Shown: positions 47,795 to 56,165, counted from the first letter of the stretch. The stretch is 64,000 nucleotides of DNA from Lachnospiraceae bacterium (GCA_030523275.1 JAUNIX010000003.1:67452-131451), one strand, 5' to 3'. The notes: a model not told the origin generated them from the sequence alone. Translations and numbers: made by a program.

Positions 47795-48860
47795 ATGAAA
47801 GCAGAGAAAGATAAGAAAACGGGAAAATGGCTGATTCAGTAACGTTATACGGATTGGCAGGGGGCAAGCGCCGAAAATCTACCAAAAGAGGCTTTACGAC
47901 CAAAAGAGAGGCGGAGGAATGGCTGCGAAATTTCTTTATTACGCAGAATGCTGACTTTGATATGAAATTTGAGGAATTCTGGAAAATGTATTGTACAGAT
48001 ATGGAGACTCATCTGCGGGAGCATACCATGAGGACGAAACGGTATATCGTAGAATTGAAAATTCTTCCGTATTTTGGATAAAAGCGGATGAATGATATTA
48101 CTGCAGCAAACATCGACAATGGCAGAATGAGCTGATTAAAAAGGGGTATTCGCCTACTTATCTGAAAACAATTAATAATCAGTTGAGCGCAATTTTTAAT
48201 TATGCGGTTCGATATTACGATTTGAAAAATAATCCTTGTACAAAAGCTGGAAGTATGGGTAAAGGCAAGGCAGACGAAATGGAGTTTTGGACAGGAGCGG
48301 AATTTAAAAAGTTTATTGACAGTGTTATGAATAAAAGAAATTCTTATATGGCATTTATGACCTTATACTGGACTGGGATGCGTTTGGGAGAATTACTGGC
48401 TTTGACTCCGAAAGATGTTGATCTGGAGAAACGAACGATTTCTATCACAAAATCTTATCAGCGTCTTGGTAGGAAAGATGTGATCACTCCGCCAAAGACA
48501 CCGAAGAGCAAGCGAGTGATTACCATTCCGGAGTTTCTGACCGCAGATATCAAAGATTATATGGACAGTTTATATGGTCTGCAGGAGGATGACAGGCTGT
48601 TTCCTATTACCAAATATTTCTTGGAACATGAAATGCAGCGGGGAATTAAAGAAAGTGGTGTAAAGCGGATAAGATTGCATGATTTGAGACATTCACATGC
48701 AAGTCTGCTGATTGAACTTGGAGTTTCACCTTTGGAAATTGCAAATCGGCTGGGACATGAAAAGGTGGAAACCACGTTGAATACGTACGCACATCTTTAT
48801 CCGAACAAGCAGATGAAATTGGCTGATCGGCTGGACAGTGAATACAGGGAGGATTTGTAA
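47795..48860 (+). pseudogene. tyrosine recombinase/integrase, inactivated
   Basis: MKAEKDKKTGKWLIQ* has an in-frame TAA at 47840-47842. Frame change in the G5 run at 47860-47864, second in-frame TAA at 48079-48081, frame change near 48114. The distal frame (48183-48860) retains HDLRHSHASLL and TYAHLY. Confidence 0.75.
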
Positions 48861-49216
48861 TGAGTGGATTAGATAAAGACAGAAAACGAAACCAGACAGT
48901 TTGCTTTCGGATGACACCGGAAGAGCGAAGAGAATTAGAAGCCCGTATTACAGTGAGCGGACTGCCAAAAGGAAAGTATTTTATTCAGTCGGTATTTCAT
49001 CAGAAAATAAAGATTGCTGTTGGTAAATATCAGAGTGATCGGTTAAGCCTTGAGATACGGAGATTGTGGGATCGTCTGGAAACAGAGGATTTGTATGAGT
49101 TACTGGCAGACTGCCGGGCATTAATGAAACAGGTAATTGAAATTACGGGAAATGATTATTCATCAGCATGGACAGCAAGTGATTTTAAAACAGAGATAAT
49201 GGAACATGAAAAATAA
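48860..49216 (+). CDS. MobC-like ribbon-helix-helix relaxosome accessory protein
   Basis: DKDRKRNQTVCFRMTPEERRELEARITVSGLPKGKYF. The ATG overlaps the integrase stop. Confidence 0.55.
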   Translation: MSGLDKDRKRNQTVCFRMTPEERRELEARITVSGLPKGKYFIQSVFHQKIKIAVGKYQSDRLSLEIRRLWDRLETEDLYELLADCRALMKQVIEITGNDYSSAWTASDFKTEIMEHEK

Positions 49217-49321
49217 AAGCCTTTAAGTGTCGGCAAACACCTAAAGGCAGAGACTTGGTAGAAAATCCAAATCAATAACTAAGGTCATTCTATCAAAGTC
49301 TTCACTATCTTTCAACAGAAA

Positions 49322-50327
49322 ATGGAGGTAATTTTGGATAACAGAAGAAATGAACCGAATTTAAAATTGATAAATATGGAACAGGTTGAGGTAGAAAAAT
49401 AGAATGGATGATTTATCCGTTTATTCCTTTTGGGAAGGTTACCATTGTGCAGGGCGATCCCGGTGAGGGTAAGACCACAATGGTGCTGCAGATTATCGCA
49501 AAGTTGACAAAGGGAGAGACTGTATTGCCATTGGGTAGTGATGAATCAACCTTGGAGGAAAAAACAGTGGCTCTGGAACCGGTAAATGTGATTTATCAGA
49601 CTGCAGAGGATGGATTGGGTGATACCATTAAGCCCCGACTTCTTGCAGCAGGTGCAGACTGTTCCAGAGTGATGGTGATTGATGATAACGATCAGGCATT
49701 GACTATGGTGGATGCCAGACTGGAAGAAGCTATCATACAGACAAAAGCACGTCTTGTGACCCGATACAGGGATTCCTGGGGACTGATGTAGATATGCATA
49801 GGGCAAATGAAATCCGTCCGCTTATGAAACGTGTGGCGGTGCTTGCTGAAAAATATCATTGCGCGATTATTCTGATCGGCCATATGAATAAAAACAGCAA
49901 TGGAAAATCATCATATCGTGGACTTGGATCTATTGATTTTCAGGCAGCAGACAGGAGTGTTCTAATTGTTGGCAGAATTAAGGATGAACCCGAAATCCGT
50001 GTTGTCTGTCATATGAAAAGTTCCCTTGCACCAGAAGGGAAATCCGTTGCTTTCCGTTTGGATAAAGATAAGGGATTTGAATGGGTCGGAGAATATGATA
50101 TCAACGTAGATGATTTGTTAAGCGGAGATAACCGAGGACAGAAAATTCATGCGGCAAAGAAATTTTTACAGGAAATTCTCTCCACTGGTTCTGTACCACA
50201 GACGAAAGTGGCAGAAGAAGCGGAAAGCAGGGGAATTAAAAAGAAAACACTGTGGAATGCAAAGAAGGAATTGGAAATTGATTCTGTAAAGATTGGGAAT
50301 CAATGGTTCTGGATATTGCCGGAATAA
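49322..50327 (+). pseudogene. RepA/AAA_25-like RecA-fold ATPase, two frameshifts
   Basis: MEVILDNRRNEPNLKLINMEQVEVEK* (49322-49402; A5 run at 49395-49399). Second frame is IYPFIPFGKVTIVQGDPGEGKTT (49408-49791), third is MHRANEIRPLMK...GHMNK (49794-50327). The junction ARLV|DPIQGFLGTDVDMHRANE reads through if the frame is corrected near 49758. Confidence 0.7.
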
Positions 50328-50396
50328 TATTGGGATGATGGCAAGATTACCCTTTCTTTAAGAAGAAGGAATCTTACTATCTTGAGGGAGATTTAA

Positions 50397-50630
50397 ATGA
50401 AAAATGTACAGATATCACTGGAATTATTTATGAAGCTACTCCGATTTCATCTAATTGAAGATAATACCTGTGCCGATGATGTGAAAAGAGGATTGGAGCA
50501 GAAAATGAATACTATGGTGGAACGAGAATTGTATACAAGATTCAAAACTGCTCCATCAGAGGAAGAAAGGGAAAAGGCCCGACAGGAGTATTTGGACAGG
50601 AGGGGAATGCAGGTAGATTTCCGATGGTAG
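50397..50630 (+). CDS. small conserved mobile-element protein of unknown function
   Basis: 77 aa ending ...EEEREKARQEYLDRRGMQVDFRW, with GAGGGAG RBS. Confidence 0.5.
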   Translation: MKNVQISLELFMKLLRFHLIEDNTCADDVKRGLEQKMNTMVERELYTRFKTAPSEEEREKARQEYLDRRGMQVDFRW

Positions 50631-50868
50631 CTTTTTCCTGATTATTGTTATGACAGGGGCGTGACACGCCCCTGTATAAAAGCGATCAAGGAAATGTTTA
50701 TTATAATTGTCAATTTGTAAAATTTCGAAATACGAAATTCTTTTTTCCGTCACAGGTTGCGGGATGTACCGTTTACCGGGTTACCGGTTTCTTTAGAAAT
50801 ATATTTCACAAAATGTAAGAAATACGTTATAATGAAAGCAATGATTTGAGAGTTAAGGCGGTGGGTAA

Positions 50869-51090
50869 ATGGCAAAAAAAAATAAATATATATTTGATAG
50901 TAAAATTCATGTATATAGAGCTACAAAACGTATGAGCCAACAGGAGCTAGCCGACCTTGTCGGGGTATCACGTCAAACAATCATACAGCTTGAACGTAAC
51001 AGGTATAACCCTTCCATGCTATTGGCGTATAGCATTGCAAAAGTTTTTGACGTAACCATTGAAGATTTGTTTGATTTTAAGGAGGGCTAG
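50869..51090 (+). CDS. XRE family (YozG-like) short transcriptional regulator
   Basis: 73 aa, VYRATKRMSQQELADLVGVSRQTIIQLERNRYNPS. Confidence 0.8.
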   Translation: MAKKNKYIFDSKIHVYRATKRMSQQELADLVGVSRQTIIQLERNRYNPSMLLAYSIAKVFDVTIEDLFDFKEG

Positions 51091-51092
51091 TC

Positions 51093-51434
51093 ATGTTATC
51101 GTTGTATGAATTTTTATGGATTTTATTTAATAACAAAACTGTTTTAATTGTTGGTGCATGGGCAGGTTTGCCTCTTACACTTATATTACTCATCATGTTT
51201 ATACGAAAGAGAAATCGAGACGAGAGAGGCTGGAAAATTATAGGAAAAGCCAGTGCCATTTCATTTATTTATTTTATAATTGTAGCAAATGTCCTTGCAA
51301 AAACTGTTGGAGCAATGGTACCTGATACATTAGAAGTAGGTTATATTTTCTGTGGCAATACAATCCAATGGTTATACGATACTATGATATCGATTGAGAT
51401 CATATCAATCCTGATTTTTAGAAGAATTGAATGA
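51093..51434 (+). CDS. small membrane protein partnered with the YozG-like regulator
   Basis: 113 aa, about 4 TM segments, starts 2 nt after the regulator stop. Confidence 0.55.
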   Translation: MLSLYEFLWILFNNKTVLIVGAWAGLPLTLILLIMFIRKRNRDERGWKIIGKASAISFIYFIIVANVLAKTVGAMVPDTLEVGYIFCGNTIQWLYDTMISIEIISILIFRRIE

Positions 51435-51567
51435 GCGAAAATGTTCTTGCTTGTTGTTTACCAGTGAATGATGAGCAAGAATTTTTTATTTTTGTATGTA
51501 AGAAATACTTTACATATAGATAGAAATATATTATAATCCTTTTAACAAGTGGAAAGGAGCACTAGGC

Positions 51568-51759
51568 ATGGCAGAAAAACGTTTTGTAGAAACTTATTCA
51601 CAAGGATTAACCAATGTTCAGAAAATAGTCGTTGATACAGAAACAGGTGTTAATTACTTGTTAGCATCGACCTCCACAACGGCAGGATGTGGAATGACTG
51701 TTTTAGTGGATAAAGATGGAAAACCTATTGTTACTCCTATTAATTCGGTTAATCAATAA
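51568..51759 (+). CDS. 63-aa hypothetical protein
   Basis: GGAAAGGAG RBS. Preceded by a promoter-like region that shares the ATGTAAGAAATAC box with 50812-50826. Confidence 0.45.
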   Translation: MAEKRFVETYSQGLTNVQKIVVDTETGVNYLLASTSTTAGCGMTVLVDKDGKPIVTPINSVNQ

Positions 51760-51954
51760 TGATGAACAGACAGTCAGACCAAAATCTGGCTGTTTGTTTT
51801 CTTATGTTATATTCGAAAAGGCTTATATAAAGGATAGACGGTAATAAGGGATAATATTAATTGCTTCACTTTCAACATGGAGAGAAGTATATTTTTTACT
51901 AAATTTGTTAAAGGTTATTAGATATTTAAATAGCAACAAGAAGGGAATATAAAT

Positions 51955-52383
51955 GTGGATGTATTATTTATTATGATGGAACAAGTCCATGAAGGTTTTT
52001 ATGAGGAGTTAATGAAACTGATTGTTCAGTATGGATATAATATTGATAAGGCGACATATGCAGCGAATGATATTTCACTGGGTGAGTTAAAAATTATTCC
52101 GTCAAAACGCCAAGTTTTTTTATATAATCAGGAGATTTCCATGACGAGCAAGGAATTTGATATTCTGGAATTTCTCGCCAAGAATAGAGGGCAGGTGTTT
52201 AGTAAAGAACAGATTTATGATAGAATATGGGGAGAATATTATGTGGCGGATGATCGGAATATTACTGCGTATATTAATAAAATTCGTAAGAAAATCGAAC
52301 CAGATCAGTCTAAACCGATTTATATTCAGACAGTCTGGGGCGTAGGATATAAATTTAATGAGAAGATAAACAGGGATGTATGA
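51955..52383 (+). CDS. receiver-less OmpR-type winged-helix protein (possibly a truncated response regulator)
   Basis: C-terminal LTSKEFDILEFLAKNRGQVFSKEQIYDRIWG...YINKIRKKIE...IQTVWGVGYKF. Only about 45 aa precede it, and the start is a GTG. Confidence 0.5.
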   Translation: MDVLFIMMEQVHEGFYEELMKLIVQYGYNIDKATYAANDISLGELKIIPSKRQVFLYNQEISMTSKEFDILEFLAKNRGQVFSKEQIYDRIWGEYYVADDRNITAYINKIRKKIEPDQSKPIYIQTVWGVGYKFNEKINRDV

Positions 52384-52493
52384 AACATCTTTTTCCTGCA
52401 TGTAAAATAATTTGGGTTTCATCCAAACATTTTTGATTTTTCTTAAACAATTTCACGAGGTAATCTTTATAGTAATAGGTCTCCAGTGCTTAG

Positions 52494-52925
52494 TCAGTGA
52501 TATGATGATCTTGAACCAACTGTTTGGCGGTTTGGCTTGCGATGTGTTTTGACACGGTCATGATAATTACCCGCCATTTCTGCAATTTCTTTTCGCATAT
52601 CAAAAATCTGTGAGATACATTCATGTATTTCGTCCTGCATTGCTTTGGAACGGATGCCGCCCATATGGAAATATCGAACGATCTGATTTAAGGTGTTTCC
52701 GATTTTTCCAAATTCTGAGGTTAGCTTTCGAAGCTCCGGGATGTCGTCAACCACTTCATATGTAATATTTATATTTCCTTCCAGTAGAAGTTTCCGAATG
52801 TAGGCAGAAACATTCAAACCGGCTTCTTGTGCCATATTCGTTATGAGGTCATATTCTACATCCGTTAAGCGAAAAGCAATCAGATGGGAACGGGACAGCT
52901 CTTTTTCTTTCTTTGGTCTTGCCAT
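52494..52925 (-). CDS. MobC family relaxosome protein
   Basis: ATG at 52925 after AGGGAGG gives MARPKKEKELSRSHLIAFRLTDVEYDLITNMAQEAGLNVSAYIRKLLL...GNTLNQIVRYFH. No relaxase gene follows. Confidence 0.7.
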   Translation of the reverse strand: MARPKKEKELSRSHLIAFRLTDVEYDLITNMAQEAGLNVSAYIRKLLLEGNINITYEVVDDIPELRKLTSEFGKIGNTLNQIVRYFHMGGIRSKAMQDEIHECISQIFDMRKEIAEMAGNYHDRVKTHRKPNRQTVGSRSSYH

Positions 52926-53499
52926 AATTCCTCCCTTTCTATACGCCAGCATATCGGGCATACACTGTATGTCGCTGCAACCACAATTTTTGTGGAAGCC
53001 AGACAGCACAATTTCAATGTGTGTCTATCGAGGGAATGGGGAACTGAAATCCCCATCAAGATATGCCAAGTATGCAAAAAAGCCATGAAATAGGTTTTTG
53101 TATAACATAGGCGAATCTTGCCCTAAGATAGAATTTCTCTCTCATATACCCTTACTGGGAAAAACACGAAAACAAGTTATGCACATAATTAGATATAATG
53201 AATTATTTTCTGGCTTCTGGCAGAAAGAATAAAAAGAAGTTATATGAATACGGACGTAACTTTAGATTTAGGCATGCGGATGTTTAAGAGAAGGTCGATG
53301 AAGGGAAAAAGGTGTTATTTTTGTAGGCTTCCTGAATAAACAGTGATATAATATTGAAAGATATATGTGATATTGAATATTGATGTAGAGAAGTATGAAA
53401 ATATAAGAAATTATTAATTCAGAAATAATGAAAAAGATGACTGGTTTGCAAAAGAACCAGAATTGATGAGTAAGGATATTTAGAAAAATCAGATAGACT

Positions 53500-53530
53500 A
53501 ATTTGTGACAGCAGTGTTGACACAAATTAG
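53500..53530. repeat. 31-nt palindromic repeat, upstream copy
   Basis: AATTTGTGACAGCAGTGTTGACACAAATTAG matches 53843-53873 at 29 of 31 positions. Confidence 0.8.
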
Positions 53531-53571
53531 TATCATTTTCTATGTATGAAGCGAATGAAAGGAAGATGTGG

Positions 53572-54558
53572 ATGAAAAATGAGATTAGTTCTGCTGGAAA
53601 ACTTATAAAGATCATAGAGAATTCAAGAAATAATGCTTTGAAAAAAGTAAATGAAGAACTTATCCGAATGTATTGGAATGTCGGTGAGTATTTGAGTAAG
53701 GAAGCTGAAAGTGCATCCTTTGGAGATGCTTATATAGATTCTGTTGCGAAAGAAATCCGGGATGCATTTCCTGGGATTAAAGGATTTAACAGACGTGGTT
53801 TATATAGAATGAAGAAATTCTATGAGACGTACAATGGTGATGAATTTGTGACAACACTGTTGACACAAATTAGTTGGAGCAATCATCTTGCTATTATGTC
53901 CAAAGCAAAAACAGCAGAAGAGAGACATTTTTATATAGCTCTTTGTATAAAAGAATCATATTCGGCCCGAGAGTTAGATAGACAAATCAATAGCGGATAT
54001 TATGAAAGATATATGCTGTCAAAAGAAAAAATCTTACCGGAGCCAATAAAGGGATTAAAAGAAAATCCATTTTTGGACTCTTATGTTATTGAGTTTCTTG
54101 ATTTACCAAAGAATTTTAAGAAATCTGATTTACGAAAAGGCTTGATTCAGAATATGAAAGATTTTATTCTCGAAGTAGGCAAAGATTTTACTTTCATAGA
54201 TGAAGAATATCGGGTACAAGTTGGCGGTGAAGATTTTCGGATTGATTTGTTGTTTTTCCATAGAGGGCTTCAGTGCCTGGTTGCCTTTGAATTAAAAATT
54301 GGTAAATTCAAACCGGAATATATTTCAAAAATGGATTTTTATCTGGAGGCATTAGACCGCCAAAAGAAAAAGGAAAATGAAAATCCGAGTGTGGGTATGA
54401 TTTTATGTGCTTCAAAAGATGATGAAGTCGTGGAATATGCGATGAGTAGAACCCTGTCTCCGATGATGGTTGCAGAATATCAATTACAGTTGCCAGATAA
54501 AGCTGTATTGCAGAAAAAGCTGCAGGAATTGGTAAATATGCCATTGATCGAAGAATAG
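53572..54558 (+). CDS. PDDEXK nuclease family protein (YhcG/DUF1016)
   Basis: ATG at 53572, 6 nt after AAAGGAAG. VNEELIRMYWNVGEYL, QISWSNH, and the C-terminal core RIDLLFFHRGLQCLVAFELKIGKF. Confidence 0.75.
   Translation: MKNEISSAGKLIKIIENSRNNALKKVNEELIRMYWNVGEYLSKEAESASFGDAYIDSVAKEIRDAFPGIKGFNRRGLYRMKKFYETYNGDEFVTTLLTQISWSNHLAIMSKAKTAEERHFYIALCIKESYSARELDRQINSGYYERYMLSKEKILPEPIKGLKENPFLDSYVIEFLDLPKNFKKSDLRKGLIQNMKDFILEVGKDFTFIDEEYRVQVGGEDFRIDLLFFHRGLQCLVAFELKIGKFKPEYISKMDFYLEALDRQKKKENENPSVGMILCASKDDEVVEYAMSRTLSPMMVAEYQLQLPDKAVLQKKLQELVNMPLIEE
53843..53873. repeat. 31-nt palindromic repeat, copy inside the yhcG-like CDS
   Basis: AATTTGTGACAACACTGTTGACACAAATTAG, encoding EFVTTLLTQIS. Confidence 0.8.
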
Positions 54559-54574
54559 AGTATGGTGATTAGGT

Positions 54575-54700
54575 GTGAGTTCAAATTGAGTACAATTTCT
54601 ATGACAGTTAAAATTATGTCTGCAAATATGGCGAATACAGTGACAGAAAGTAGTGCTAAAGCTACGGAAATACTATAACTAATCTCTTGTGAGACGAAAT
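54575..54700 (+). repeat. att-like doublet copy 2 plus ~100-nt conserved leader
   Basis: GTGAGTTCAAATTGAGTACAA followed by ...AAAATTATGTCTGCAAATATGGCGAATACAGTGACAGAAAGTAG..., about 80% identical to 55596-55716. Confidence 0.75.
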
Positions 54701-54715
54701 ACAAAGGAGAAGAAT

Positions 54716-54985
54716 TTGAAACGTAAGAAGGTATTCGTAAATTTAATAATAATTATGGGGATATTCTTTTTATTCGTAAATAGAATATCGATTATAGCAT
54801 CAGTTAGAATGGTCGCTAATTCAGCGAGTGAAATGATAGTTGTAGTAAGAAAACAACTGGATGGAATGTTGTTTGGAATAATAATGATTTGTCTGTGTTC
54901 GATTATCGGAATGGTGTTATGCATATTAATAGCCAAATTAATCGATTTTGAGGAACGGAAAGCAATGGTTATAAAAGCCCCTTAG
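54716..54985 (+). CDS. small 2-TM membrane protein, truncated paralog of the next gene
   Basis: TTG start 5 nt after AAAGGAGA. SIIGMVLCILIAKLIDFEERK parallels SIIGVIISSVIAKIIDYKKNRK in 55018-55593. Confidence 0.45.
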   Translation: MKRKKVFVNLIIIMGIFFLFVNRISIIASVRMVANSASEMIVVVRKQLDGMLFGIIMICLCSIIGMVLCILIAKLIDFEERKAMVIKAP

Positions 54986-55017
54986 AAAAACATCCGAATA
55001 TTAATGCACTGATTGGT

Positions 55018-55593
55018 TTGCTTTTGGTAGTTATAATAGGTGCAGTGGCATGGGGAGTATTGTATTACCTATTTACTTATTTAGGAATGGCTATAACAAA
55101 ATTTATTGATTGGTCAACTTCTGTAGCATCAAAAATGGATGCTGTTGTAATAGTTGCTTTAATTACAGGAGCGGTTTCTATCATTGGTGTAATTATAAGT
55201 TCGGTAATAGCGAAAATAATTGATTACAAAAAGAATAGAAAAGAGTATTTGAACCAGAAAAGAGAAGAACCTTATGGAGAATTTGTAGAAATGGTTTATA
55301 AAATACAACAAAATGTAAAAAATAACAATAGCTATACGGAACAAATGATGATAGATGATTTATCAAAGTTTTCGAGAAAAATAACATTGTGGGGATCTAC
55401 TAAAGTAGTGAAAAAATGGATTAAATTTCGAGAACAAGGAGCGAATCCAGATGCCGGAATTGATAATCTGTTTATTTTGGAAGATATAATGAACGAGATG
55501 AGAAGAGATTTGGGATTGAGGAGAGTTAAAAAAGGAAATTTACTTGCATTTTTTGTAAATGATATAAAGGAAGTTATGAAAAAGAATAAGTAA
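55018..55593 (+). CDS. membrane-anchored protein (2 TM plus ~115-aa cytoplasmic domain), unknown function
   Basis: 191-aa ORF with a TTG start and no clear RBS. No recognisable catalytic motif. Confidence 0.45.
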   Translation: MLLVVIIGAVAWGVLYYLFTYLGMAITKFIDWSTSVASKMDAVVIVALITGAVSIIGVIISSVIAKIIDYKKNRKEYLNQKREEPYGEFVEMVYKIQQNVKNNNSYTEQMMIDDLSKFSRKITLWGSTKVVKKWIKFREQGANPDAGIDNLFILEDIMNEMRRDLGLRRVKKGNLLAFFVNDIKEVMKKNK

Positions 55594-55595
55594 GA

Positions 55596-55716
55596 CTGAG
55601 TACATTTTGAGTACAATTTTTATATCAATCAAAATTATGCCTGCGAATATGGCGAATACAGTGACGAAAAGTAGCGAAAACGATATTAAAAGCACTGGAA
55701 TTAATTTCCTGTGAGA
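55596..55716 (+). repeat. att-like doublet copy 3 plus conserved leader
   Basis: CTGAGTACATTTTGAGTACAA followed by ...AAAATTATGCCTGCGAATATGGCGAATACAGTGACGAAAAGTAG... Confidence 0.75.
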
Positions 55717-55738
55717 CGAGTTTGAATAATTAAAGTAA

Positions 55739-55783
55739 GTCCGAAAATCACGTATTTTATGCGGGTTTTCGGACCTTTTGTTG
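55739..55783 (+). terminator. intrinsic terminator just after repeat copy 3
   Basis: GTCCGAAAA pairs with TTTTCGGAC, followed by CTTTTGTTG. Confidence 0.65.
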
Positions 55784-55889
55784 TGGACTTTATTTTATTA
55801 AGTCTATGTTGATCTCCTCAGAAGGGAAATCAACAATGCGAAATACAAAACCACTTGCTTTGCGAGTGAAGGAATGTAATTGTAAAAAA

Positions 55890-56015
55890 AACCACCTTTC
55901 CGATATAATGAAGGTGTTCAAGCCGATATTATACGAAAGGAAAGGTGAGTTTTTCGCAAATAAAACACATAGTTTGCCATACACAAAATGGATGTGTAAA
56001 TACCATATTACATTT
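55890..56015 (+). mobile_element. IS200/IS605-family left-end remnant with the first ~24 codons of tnpA
   Basis: Hairpin CACCTT..AAGGTG (about 55893-55917), then GEFFANKTHSLPYTKWMCKYHITF (55944-56015). The similarity stops where TPKYRR is expected. Confidence 0.55.
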
Positions 56016-56165
56016 ATATGTAAGTCAATATTTTGTTTAAATTTAGTGTAGCATAGATTATGGACTATTTCAAAGAAAAGCTCCACTTTTTATATGTTTT
56101 AATAGTAACCATAAGATGGGTATGTTAAAAATTGAATTAAATAAATTAGGATTTGAGGTAACTAC

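Larger units (their letters stand above)
45147..54595. mobile_element. degraded integrative (mobilisable) element inserted at the guaA 3' end
   Basis: Bounded by att-like doublets. Carries xis-like, integrase (broken), MobC-like x2, RepA-like ATPase (broken) and XRE regulators, plus a defence-type ATPase-nuclease and a DUF1016 nuclease. Confidence 0.7.

Noticed and set aside
53268-53615. 115-aa minus-strand ORF in the AT-rich gap before the DUF1016 gene.
   Set aside because: It is a low-complexity Ile/Phe/Leu-rich translation of AT-rich intergenic DNA with no RBS, and it overlaps the promoter and 5' end of the plus-strand gene.
45147-55616. CRISPR-like array, suggested by recurrence of the GAGTACA doublets.
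   Set aside because: There are only three copies, separated by 9.4 kb and 1 kb of protein-coding DNA. No regular spacing and no cas genes are present, so the repeats fit att sites rather than CRISPR repeats.
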